A DNA stretch of 63,468 nucleotides, filler included, from Squatina squatina (Eukaryota): NCBI GenBank assembly GCA_031763465.1. It is 4 parts of 4 records of this genome, joined end to end, with 100 filler letters (N's around TTAATTAATTAA, not from the genome) between each part and the next. Parts side by side here need not be neighbours in the genome. Positions count along the whole stretch, not along the records: positions 1 to 17,485 come from JARFOE010000004.1; 3 more parts are not named here. One strand, written 5' to 3'. The first letter of the stretch is position 1, and every line of letters starts with the position of its first letter. The notes under the pieces were generated by a model. That model searched no databases and was not told the DNA's origin. It was given only the letters and a program-made list of their open reading frames with translations. Shown here piece by piece: positions 1-11,820 of the stretch. A program made the position numbers and the translations under genes.

Positions 1-699
1 AACTGAAGTTATGCCCGCAATTCACAAGAGCTGCCTTTGAAACTTAATGACAACTTTTACAAAGTATACAAAAAACACCTTTGATTCATCCAGATAAAGA
101 CATGCAGTGATTATTTAACCGAAGCTCCCAGTAAGTTAATTGTGCACGAAATCGATAATGTTCTAGTTCAATTCAACACAGGAAGACACCAAGCAGCTAA
201 ATAAAATAAAATCTATTAAAATGTTCATTCTGCAAATAAGACACAATAGACAAGCTTGAGAATGCAATTGCTGAGGATTAGTGGTAGCTGAATATAAAAG
301 ATTGCTCTCGTTGCGGACCCAGCTGACGGCAGTACGGAGGAGAAATCCCTGTTCAGCTGGCCTAAATCAGCCGAATTTACTGTCTCCCAATAATCCATCA
401 GCCTTCTGTCATCAGCTCTAATCATCCGGCATATCATCTTTTTTGATTTGATTTAGATTAGAGCACAGGCAAGATCTACTTGGCATGATCTTTACAGACA
501 TTTTTAATTATTTGAAATGCTCACAAAGCGTGCAGTAATGCCTCGTCTTTAAAAGAGAACCGTCAGGTTTTACNNNNNNNNNNNNNNNNNNNNNNNNNNN
601 NNNNNNNNNNNNNNNNNNNNNNNNNNNNNNNNNNNNNNNNNNNNNNNNNNNNNNNNNNNNNNNNNNNNNNNNNACATTACTTGAAAAGTAAGAATCTAA

Positions 700-1436
700 G
701 GGCTAGAAATTGCACAGCGCCCCGTTTGGGGAGATAACTTTTGAGGGAGCGTAAAAGTATCACCAGGCACCGCACAATTGATTCTGATGCAAATTTCCGG
801 TTTTGTGCTCGAGGAGGGAAGTGGAGCATTAACTCAAGTGCTACCACTTCCCTTGGAGCGCTGAAGAGAGCAAGAGGGGCGGTAATGGCAGAGCGCTGCG
901 CAACGTTCCGTGCAGCGCTGCCGGATTCACAGGCTCCTTCCCTCGCGGCCTGGGAAAAAATGAAAAGACAGCACAATGGGGATAATATTAAATTTTGCCC
1001 AACCTGACCACCAGTGCCTTTAGTTGGCGCTCCCCACGTGGCCGGCCGAGNNNNNNNNNNCTCACAACGCCTCCTGCAGCTGCCGTTGTTGACGCCCGGT
1101 GATGCTGCAGGGGACGGGAGCAAATGTGGTATCCGGGGCGATGACAGATTTAAAAGAACACACAGCGGTCACAGAAGTAACAATCTGACTAACTCGCAAA
1201 ACACAATCCTTACGCTCAAGAACGACTTAGTACTTCAACAAGTTAAGTTGATAATATAACACAAACAATATTACCTGGTTCTGCTGGGAGGAGCATCTCC
1301 GGGGTGCAAGAGATCGAGGTGGTAAGCTTGAGCGCCAATCCGCCATGGAAGTTCGCGGGTGTTGGTAATTTCGCCGCACCTGGTCGGTAAGCTATTAGCG
1401 CCCGGTTATCGCCCCGCGGAGGCCAATTTCTCCCCC
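700..1436. mobile_element. Non-autonomous TIR DNA transposon, probably PIF/Harbinger-type, inserted into a CR1 LINE
   Basis: Imperfect terminal inverted repeats GGGCTAGAAATTG (700-) and CAATTTCTCCCCC (-1436), flanked by TAA/TTA. Interior is GC/CpG-rich. CR1 sequence continues on both sides. Contains a 10-N gap at 1051-1060. Confidence 0.55.
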
Positions 1437-2272
1437 TTAGAATCTAAATGGGGTAGAGGAGAAAAGGGACCTGGAGTCGAAATGCACAAATCACTAAAAT
1501 GGCGACGCATGTCAATAATGCCAAAACAAAAGCTAACCAAGCACCAGGGTTTATTTCAAGAGGGGTAGAATTGAAAAGTAGAGAAATTATGCTTAACTTG
1601 TACGGAACCTTGGTTGGACCTCACTTGGATTACTGTGTACAGTTCTGGTCGCCATATTATAAAAAGGATATAGAGGCACTGGAGTGGGTGCAGAGAAAAT
1701 TGACAAGGATGATAACAGAAATGCGAGGGTATACATATCAGGAAAAGATGAACAGGCTGGGCCTCTTTTCTCTTGAAAAAAGAAGGCTAAGGGGTGACCT
1801 AATAGATCTTTAAGGTTTTGATAGAGTGGATTCAGAGAGAATGTTTCCACTTGTGGGGAAGAGCATAACTAGAGGCCATCAATATAANNNNNNNNNNGAC
1901 CGAATAGAGATCTTTAAAATTATGAAAGGTCTTGATAGACTGAATACGGAATGTTCCACTTGTGGAGAAGAGCATAGCTTTCGGCCAACAATATAAGAGA
2001 GTCACCAAGAAATCCAACAGGGAATTCAGGAGAAACTTCTTTATCCAAAGAGTGGTGAGAATGTGGAACTGGCTACCACAGGGAGTGGTTGAAGCGAATA
2101 ATATAGGTGCATCTAAGGGGAGGCTAGACAAGCATATGAGAGACAATGGGAATAGAGGGTTATGCTGATAGATTTAGATGAGGAAAGACGGGAGGAGTTT
2201 CGAGTGGAACATAAACGCCAGCATAGACTGGTTGGGCCGAATGGCCCTATATCCAATGTAATCCTATGTAAA
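1437..2272 (+). mobile_element. CR1-type LINE 3' fragment(s): RT C-terminal region and 3' UTR
   Basis: Translates to LYGTLVGPHLDYCVQFWSPYYKKDIEALEWVQRK..RLGLFSLEKRRLRGDLI and RRNFFIQRVVRMWNWLP, typical CR1 ORF2 C-terminal motifs. Two diverged overlapping pieces are joined across a 10-N gap. Confidence 0.9.
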
Positions 2273-5200
2273 TAATATTGCCGCAGCCCTCTGAATACCA
2301 GAACATTACAGCGATGTGTAATTAGTGAATGCCTGGTAGTGAATAGACTATTTAACTGAATGAAATCTCTGCACAAGTTACAAGATCACAAACTCATTAC
2401 AGAAGAGGAAGGTCATCTTAATATCTATCTACAATAATCCTACAGTCCCCCCATTGCGGCATCTGGTTGGTTTTTCAGTCCCAGGGGTTTTTTGCTTCAC
2501 TCCTCTAACCAAGAGTCCATTCCCTGTTTGAAGAACTTCCTAATGTTAGCCCCAAATTTACTCTTGCTGGTTTGAACTTCATGATAATAGCCCTGCTCGT
2601 ACATATCCCTTTCTTGTGACCGCACGTTTTCCAGATTGTTCAAATAATTTGGAGAGATTGTTTAAATGAATTATAATGTTACCATCCACAGCCTGTTCAA
2701 AATGATGGAGGTGTGATTCAGTAACTACATCAATGTCATTAGTGCCAGTTAACTCCTGACCTACTGCTGACTTCTGCCTCCCTTTGGAAGGAAATTGCTG
2801 TTCACGTTTTAATTGTCTGTTCCTCCCCCACATCTGTAGAGTTTGTGACACTATGTTAAGAGAGCCAGAATGGTAACTTACCCTAGCCTTGCCTTTCCAA
2901 ATTCTTTTCTTTTTTAGGAAGTAGGTTCCTGCACCACTCATTTCCCATACAACTGGAGGCTTTTGAGTAGAGAGCACAGACTGGCTTTATAAGTCATTTA
3001 TGCAACTGGCCAGTTGATGAAAGGCCGTAGTTCCTTTATCCCAGGNNNNNNNNNNNNNNNNNNNNNNNNNNNNNNNNNNNNNNNNNNNNNNNNNNNNNNN
3101 NNNNNNNNNNNNNNNNNNNNNNNNNNNNNNNNNNNNNNNNNNNNNTGGAGTAATCAAACTGTTCAGTTATTTTTCAAAGCTGCCATTCACTAAGCAGAAA
3201 ACATTAAAAATCAAAGAAAATTGGCAGCTAATTTAAAAATGTATACTCATTACAAGTGTTGACATTCTCTCCCAGAAAAAATAATAATTTTTCATTAAGA
3301 ACAATGTTCTCCAGTTAAGTTTCAAGCATTTTTTGTTACTGGATAAGCGAGAGACTTTTCACATGGGAAAAAAAATCATTTGTCAATTTATATTATAAAT
3401 TTATAAGTCATGAGAAATTAATTCATAAAATCTTACTTTGAGAGTCCATTATTTTTACTGTGAGAAGGAAGATGGAAGGCACTCCTGTTGCGAGGAGTCA
3501 CAATTGGACTATGAAGGAGAAAAAAGCCAATAATCCTTTTAAGTATAAAGAGTAAATATGCAGCAAGCACAATTAGGAATAGCTTTCGCCTCTCACTCAT
3601 TGTTTGCAGGGTAGCTGACAGGCAAGAACTGCTGTGAAAAGATACTTACATCTGCACTGACCTGATAGGTCTGCTTTTTAAGTACAAGACAGCTTATTTT
3701 GCTAATTTAGTTCGGTTGTGGTTTTACAACATTTTTATTGCAGGTTTGATTAAAATGATAGATCAGCAAAGGCATGAGAATAGGGCTTGTTCATGTGATC
3801 AGCCTCAAGATGGAAAGGATGAAACTTGAAGCAGTAATTTTCTGTGGAAGCGGTGGGAGAGGACAGAGGATATGTGTGCATGTTTGTACAACAGGCCCAG
3901 TTGGCAGGATAGACTTGATCAGGAAAGCCACACACTTTGGTCAAATGTCTGATCCAAATCTTGAGCTTGGCAAAAAGCCAGAGTAGTGAGCATGTAAATG
4001 ACAGAAGATTGGGAAAAAAATGTTGTCTGTTTGTTTGGAAGTGACGGAGAATGAGTAACAAATTCCACTGACGACACCTCAGCCGAAACTTCATAATCAC
4101 TCGGAGTGAAGCCACTGGAATCCAATTTGTGTGGATAACTTTGTCACATTTTGTGAAGCATTGTTTGGTTTGCACATCCCTAGGGCAAAATGATACCTGT
4201 ACAACATGTCACATTACCAAAACTAATGAAAACAATGAAGACAACATTTGGAGGTATATGTCTGAATTGCAGCTCATTTGAATTCAGATAAAATGCTTTC
4301 CTCTGAGACGTAAAATAAAAAAAAAAGTAACAGTAATTTGCATCAGTATTGTTATGTCTTTTGTGATAAGAATCAACTAACAGTTCAGTACAACTGAGTA
4401 ACTACAGTATACAATATACATTACCTCTCAGGTATGAGGACAGGACACAGTGTCACACACGGGGTAAATCATTTTTCCATTTCAGAATAAAATGAGAGCA
4501 TAGTAATAAGTAACCACAAAGCTTTATACTGCAATCTATAAAATAGCAGTCTGTATAAAAGTATCATCTTTATAATCTCTATTTCAATTGAGTTCGAACA
4601 ATGTGCAAGCCAAGGACCGAAGACACAGCTAACATCATTAACCTGTCATTCAATTTTCCTTCTGGACTCTTTATTTATTCTAAATGGGCTTCTGAAGTGT
4701 TTGTTTGAAATGCAGCCACCGTTGCACCAAATTAATGAGATATGAGTCAGTGTCACAAGCTTGTATGTTGCTGCAGGTTCTCTACTCTCTGATTAATTTG
4801 GAACTAACTTACAAAAGTACACTGATGGAATACAGGCCAGCACATTAAGGGCATTAAAGATTACTATACTCCATATACTTCTCCAAGAACGTCCTTTATG
4901 CATTTCAGCAAACTGTGCCTGATGAAAATTTCTCCTGAAATATATAGGAGTATGGCTATCTGCAGAGGACATCCAACAAAGGTCACTTCAGTGTAAGCTA
5001 TCAATATGCAACAGAAACTGTTGTACCTTCTCCTAGTCAGACTTAAACCAAATATTCAGTTTTATATTTAAATAAATTGATGGCTTGAGAATTACAACAT
5101 TCTGGTTTTCAGCAACTCCATTTAATATAATGAGATGTAACAGGTTAAAGCAGGATTTTAAAAGATCCAAAACTGCAGCAAATGGCTGAAAAATAGAGCA

Positions 5201-6910
5201 AGTCCTCGAAACAGAAAGCAGTACTCTTCTTCCAATTCAATCTGAGACTTAAACACATACACACACACATGCTTTCCAAAAGACTTGGGATAGTGAGAAC
5301 CCGAGTTAATATTTTTCCTCTCTTCATCCTAAAGAAAACATAGAAAATAGGTGCANNNNNNNNNNNNNNNNNNNNNNNNNNNNNNNNNNNNNNNNNNNNN
5401 NNNNNNNNNNNNNNNNNNNNNNNNNNNNNNNNNNNNNNNNNNNNNNNNNNNNNNNCCCCACACATGGAATAGGAAAGCAATAACTATCATATTGCTTCAT
5501 AGGATAAATGCTAATAGAGAGTGAATGTCTCTTGTGGGATTTGTTAGAATGGAGAATATGGTATGTGGAGAACAAATAAAGAACAGTATTTACCAAGAGG
5601 TCAACAATGAAACACACAAGTACCACAAGCTCAAATCACAAAATAGATAGGCATGTGGAAGGCTACTTGGTCCATTTTCACTCATCCATCCTGAAAGAAC
5701 CTACAGTCCTACTATAATGGCATCCAGCAGCGAAATGATTCCAAGGTTATTGCTTCCGTTATTCTACCTAGAAGTTCTTTTTGTGCATTGAATGAGTTAA
5801 CTCTTTCAGCTATGAACAGGATGATTCTTTTCCAACAATATTCTTTGGCAACACCTCCCAAACCCACAACCTGTGCCATCTCAAAGAACAAGGGCAACAG
5901 GCCCATGGGAAAACCACCACCTCCAAGTTCCTCTCCAAATTATGCACCATACTGACTNNNNNNNNNNNNNNNNNNNNNNNNNNNNNNNNNNNNNNNNNNN
6001 NNNNNNNNNNNNNNNNNNNNNNNNNNNNNNNNNNNNNNNNNNNNNNNNNNNNNNNNNGTTTAACCTTCTTAAGCTCCTTTCAGAATTCTGTTGAAATCTT
6101 CACATCATTTTTCATAATCCTCTGAGTTTCCCAGTAAATAATATTTGCACTCTGCACTTAGAATCCTTCTGACAGTCTTTTACATGATGTTCCATACAAA
6201 TTGAATTACCTGTGAATAAATCTTTTTCACCAAGATCATTTTCATATTAAATAAGACTTCAATAATGTAGAAATACATTTCCTACAACTGCAATTCTGTA
6301 ATAGTTTCTGTTATCACTACAGAAAACAAATTACATTGGATTAGAAGACTATGAATTTTCATACTGGTGTGTACTCTGTCCTGAATGGGTAATATTTAGC
6401 TTGTAACAAGTCAGAATGAATCGCTTTATATGTCTTAACTAATGCAATCTTAAATACCTATCATTTAAATACTGATTTCCTATCTTTGTCTACGTTATTG
6501 ATCATCATTTTCTTGCCATGCATTGACTTACTCAGTCAAATGATGCCTGGAGATATCTCTTTGTTAGTTCTTACTAACAAATGCTAATTGGCAAATAAAT
6601 AAGATTTGAATTCTTTATTCTTATTTCAGTAGGTCATTATTCTGAAAAGTCTCAGTATCATCACAACTTGTCTTTCGTGACACATTTCGTCCAGTCATTA
6701 GAATGTAACTATTTTACTGCAGGTTAGAGTGGGATTTAGTTTCCTCAGGGATTCGCCCTCTCATCCATTGCCAGTTTGATAGAAGAACCGCAGAAACCCT
6801 GGACATATGGNNNNNNNNNNNNNNNNNNNNNNNNNNNNNNNNNNNNNNNNNNNNNNNNNNNNNNNNNNNNNNNNNNNNNNNNNNNNNNNNNNNNNNNNNN
6901 NNNNNNNNNN

Positions 6911-7170
6911 TGTCTTCCTTATTGCTTGCTGTACCTGCATGTGTTTTTTGTACAAGGACACTTGAATCTCTCAAAACACCAACAGTGAATAGTTTCTCAC
7001 TATTTAAAAAAAATATTCTGTTTTTCTCTTCTTCCTATCAAAGTGAACAACCTCACATTTCCCAACATTATACTCCATCTGCCACCTTATTGCCCACTCA
7101 TTTAACCTGTCTTTATCACTTTGCAGGCTCTTTGTGTCCTCCTTACAGCTTACTTTCCCATCTTGCTTTT
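6911..7170 (-). mobile_element. CR1 LINE reverse-transcriptase fragment
   Basis: Minus-strand translation GKVSCKEDTKSLQSDKDRLNEWAIRWQMEYNVGKCEVVHF, the CR1 RT region just after the FADD motif. Confidence 0.85.
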
Positions 7171-7994
7171 GTGCTGTCGGCCCGTGCATGGTGGGAGCTG
7201 CATTGAGAATGCCCACCAAAATTGAACTCATATTGGGATCTTACAGCCAGGAGACTCATTGTAACAGGATGGACCACAGAAGCAAACTATTTTAAGAGGA
7301 AGACACTAACCAGAATTTCCATGTTATTAACCATAATAAAAACTAATAATTGCCTACCGCTATCAGCCACCAGGAATCTTATTTGTTAGTTGAATAATGT
7401 CAGATCACTTGAGATTGTGCCATGTTAATTAAGTTTTAAATGTCATGCTACATTACATTAGAAACTACTGCTTTGTTGCACTTTAAGTAAATGCAAATGG
7501 GGCAATAAATTAGTTGATGATCACCATAAAACACTTTCCAGATTCCCTCATGACTGTCAAAATATATTAAAACCACGTGTCACCATCATATCCTCTGACA
7601 CATTATATATCCATCTAGGTTCTACTTTATATTTAATTGCATTAGTTAGCTGTGTTGACAGTAAGGTTACCCTGCAGAACATTTAGAGCAATCTTGACAG
7701 CTTAAAAGTAAACACTTTGAACAGATTCCACTAATGGCATATCCTTTGAGTGGCTTCCCTAGTAAGCTTAAATTACTGCAGTGCACTGGCACCTCATATC
7801 AATCTCGGAAAGCGGATCAAGATTAAAGTTCTGAAACTAATTAATACATTATTATAAAGTAGTTAAGGTGACATTTATTTTAACAGTAAATATGAAATTA
7901 ATATTCAGCATGTGATATTTAAATTAATCGTCAGAGGATTCCAGTAGAGTTTCAGGGGGAAAAAAACTTGCAATATTCAATTTTTGTTTCAACG

Positions 7995-8556
7995 GAGGAA
8001 GATAGGAACAGGAGTTAGGCCATTCAGGCCCTCCAGTCTCTTTCGCCATTCAATTAGATTATTGCTGATTTGCACCTCAACTCCATTTATCCACCTTTGT
8101 CCCATATCCCTTGATGTTCTTACCCAACAAATATCGATTGATTGCAGTCTTTGAAATTTCAATAATTTTGACATAGCGTTTTGGGGGAAGAGAGTTCCAG
8201 ATTTCTACTTTTTACTAAAAGTGCTTCCTGATTACACTCCTGAATTTTAAGTTTATGTCCCTTTGCTCTGGATTGCCCCACCAGAGCAAATAGTTTTTCT
8301 GCGTCTACGCCATAGAATCCCTTTATCAACTCAAACAACATGATTAGATCATTTGACAACCTTCTGAAACCTAGGGAGTACAAAAAATGTTTATGCAACC
8401 TGTTCTCACAATTTATCCCTTTGGGCCCTGGCATCATTTTGGTAAATCTATGCTGTATACCCTCCAAGACCAATATATCCTTCCTGAGTTTCAGTGCCCA
8501 ACATTGAATGCAATATCCCAGATGGGGTCTGAACAAGGCTTTATACATCTGAAGCA
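7995..8556 (-). mobile_element. CR1 LINE 3' fragment
   Basis: Minus-strand MYKALFRPHLGYCIQCWALKLRKDILVLEGIQHRFTKMMPG followed by a CR1-like 3' UTR. Confidence 0.85.
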
Positions 8557-9778
8557 NNNNNNNNNNNNNNNNNNNNNNNNNNNNNNNNNNNNNNNNNNNN
8601 NNNNNNNNNNNNNNNNNNNNNNNNNNNNNNNNNNNNNNNNNNNNNNNNNNNNNNNNCATTGGCCAGAAGTAATACTAATTCATTTATTTAGAGGAAACAT
8701 GCCTTGAAACTGTTGGTTTTCTTCACCTTCTCCATACAGTAATTAATCCTATGCTATGGGAACACTGTTCTTTCAGCAAGTGGTTTATTTATGGTAGAAA
8801 CTGCATTGGCTGAGCTGATCAGCTGGAAATACTATAAAGAAATGCCTGCTTGTGTGCTTTATTTTCAGCTGGGTTATCTAAGAAAGGCACAGTAGGATAT
8901 CCCCTGCGAGCTACAGTCACTACAGACATCCCAACTAAACTGCAGATTAGAAACCTAGAGGGATTTCAGAATCCCTCTGGTTGCTATATGTGTCATTCAG
9001 GAACACTTCTTGTGTTCATTATTTCTACCAACATCTTAAATATATTCCAAATGTGCTTCCAATTTCACTAGAAATAACAAAGGAAAGTTCCACCAATAGG
9101 TCCTCCCTGCAAATAGATTAGAAGAAATCTTAACCAATTATTTCCTGTCTATGCTAAAATACATCTGGCTTAATAAGTATCCTTTAAGTAACAGTGGTGA
9201 AGTTGCTGAACTAGAATGAACTGCTTCTCTTTCAAGCTCCATGGGAGCCTCCTGCCAGAGGCATGAGGAGCACAAGTTAATTCTTGTCATTTGCAANNNN
9301 NNNNNNNNNNNNNNNNNNNNNNNNNNNNNNNNNNNNNNNNNNNNNNNNNNNNNNNNNNNNNNNNNNNNNNNNNNNNNNNNNNNNNNNNNNNNNNNNTATG
9401 ACGTTTTCAGTAAAAAAAAATACATTGCTCTGAATAGCCACAAAAATTGTCCATCTTAACAATAATTCATTTAGATCAAAACATGCAATCCAATTAAAGG
9501 TTCACTAACATCCTTCAATGTGAAGTATCCACACTAAGAATGAACCACTCCTGAACAGTTCTGAAATAATCTCAGTAGAAACCTGTGCCGGTGGCACCAC
9601 GACAACGCCAATGTGGAAAACTAAAGGTCTTTTATTAACCCTAACATCACGTTCTTTAAATAGCATCCAACTGCTCACGTGGCACTGCAAAGACTTGAAA
9701 GAATAGTGCAAGTACAGTGAGAAAAATCCATTCACACTTTCAGAAAGAAATATCCGTGGTTAAAGTCGTTCGACTTAC

Positions 9779-9892
9779 CGCAACTTCCAGCTCACTCAGA
9801 TCCATGTGCGATCTGGATAAATGTCATCAATCGCATGCGGAGAAGGCCGGGATTTGTCTGGGAATCTGGCGGAGGATTTCAGCTGGGTTGGA
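9779..9892 (-). other. Probable 114-nt spliced exon of an unidentified gene; stop codons in all three frames
   Basis: Strong acceptor (tctcactgttgccttgtttcctccgcag) and consensus donor (GCG|GTAAGT). CpG-retaining. Longest frame is PTQLKSSARFPDKSRPSPHAIDDIYPDRTWI*. Protein not recognised. Confidence 0.5.
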
Positions 9893-10728
9893 CTGCGGAG
9901 GAAACAAGGCAACAGTGAGAGACATACAAAGCAGAGTAGATAGCATATTCAGCAAAACAACACGCACAGAATAGTAATGGAATCTATGTACACATCAGTA
10001 GTCTTTCAAAATGTTGAGTTTATTCGCCAAACAACACAAGTCTCAAAGGGATCTCTGTTATCAGAATCTGTGAAGTTGATCCCCATGAGGTGACTATAGA
10101 CTGTGCTTTAGCAATGATCAGAATAGCAAGCAATCATTTTTTATTTGATTTTGTTTTGTTTGTTTTCAGTGGAGCAAGCAAACAAAAACTTACATGACTG
10201 GCGCTCTACTTTGCACGTTATTTTTGCTGGCAAAGCACAGCAGCAAAGCTATGCTCCTAACTATCAACAGTGAGTGATTCGATCAATTGTCATACCTTTT
10301 AGGATGTTTTTGTTTGCTAGTCTTCAAATGTAATATTTTGATATTTCACAAGTGATACTCAATGTCTAAAAACAAAATTAAAAATAATTTCTTTTCTAAA
10401 TGGTCAGAAGGTGTTTTTCTCTGTTTCCCTCTCCAAGCAGATTGAATTACTGTCTGTGTGTGTGTGTGGTGGGAGGGAGGGGGTAGTTGCATCATGACTG
10501 GATGGAAAAGACTCAATGGAACAGCTGCTGTTTTCCTGGCCTCCTTCATATGTTTGTATGTGACATTACATGAAACTTTTTCAACAAACCTTAGGCTAAA
10601 AACTATTACAGGTGCTATTAGCACATGANNNNNNNNNNNNNNNNNNNNNNNNNNNNNNNNNNNNNNNNNNNNNNNNNNNNNNNNNNNNNNNNNNNNNNNN
10701 NNNNNNNNNNNNNNNNNNNNNNNNNNNN

Positions 10729-11820
10729 CCCCTCTCCTCCTCTCGCCTCCCCTATCCTCCACTCCCTCCCCTTTTCCTCCTCTCCTGCCTCCTCTCATAC
10801 ACCTACTCCCCTCTCCTCCACTCCCTCCCACTCTCCTCCTCCCTTTCCCCCTCTCCTCCCATCCCTCCTGCACTCCTCCACTCCCTGCCCCTCTCCTTCT
10901 CTCCCTCCCGTACTTATCCTCTCCCTCCGCATCTCCTCCCCTTTCTCCGGCACTCCTCAACTCCCTCTCCTCCTCTCCCTCTGCTCCACTCCCTCCCCTT
11001 TTCCCCGCTTTCTCTCCCCCTCCCTTACACCCACGCACCCTCTCCTCCACCCACTCCCCCTCTTTCCCTCTCCTTCCAGATCTCCTCCACTTCCTCCCGC
11101 ACTCCTCCAATTTCACCACCTCTCCTCCACTCTCTCCCACTCTCCACCTCTCCTCCAACCCCTCCACCACTCCTCCACTTCCTCCCCCTCTCCTCCACTC
11201 CCTCCCATACTCCCTCCCTTCTCCACCACTCCTGCACTCCCTCCCCTCTCCTCCACTCCCTCCACCACTCCTCCTCTTCCTCCCCCTCTCCTCCTCTCAC
11301 TCCTGCACTAATCCACTCCCTCCACATTTCCTCCGCTCCCTTCCCATCTCCTCCTCTCCCTCCCCCTCTCCTTCACACCCTCCACCTCTCCTCCAATCCC
11401 TCCACCTCTCCTCCTCTCTCTCCTCTCTCCGCCTTACTCTCCCCTCCCCTTCTCTCCCTCCTCCTCTCCTCCTCTCACTCTCCAACCTCCATTCCCTCCC
11501 CCCACATAGCTAACCTTCATTTTCTTCTCCCTCATCCCCAACCTACATTCATTCCCTCCCCCACATACTCAGCCTTCATTCCCTACACCCCCACACCAAA
11601 CTTCACTCCCTCCGCCACCCACCCACCCAAACTTCATTCCCTCTACCACCTATGCATTCAATCTTCATTCTCTCCCCCCGACCCAAACTTCATTCCCTCC
11701 CTCACCCATCCCTTCCCCCCACCCAATCAACCTTCATTCCCCCCACCCAACCTACATTCTGTCCCCCCAACCCACTCACACAACCTTCATTCCCCCACCC
11801 ACCTACCCATCCCAGACCAA
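10729..11820. repeat. Pyrimidine-rich (C/T) low-complexity tract with degenerate minisatellite units
   Basis: About 1.1 kb almost devoid of G, with recurring CTCTCCTCCACTCC units followed by ACCTTCATTCCCTCC units. Confidence 0.9.
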
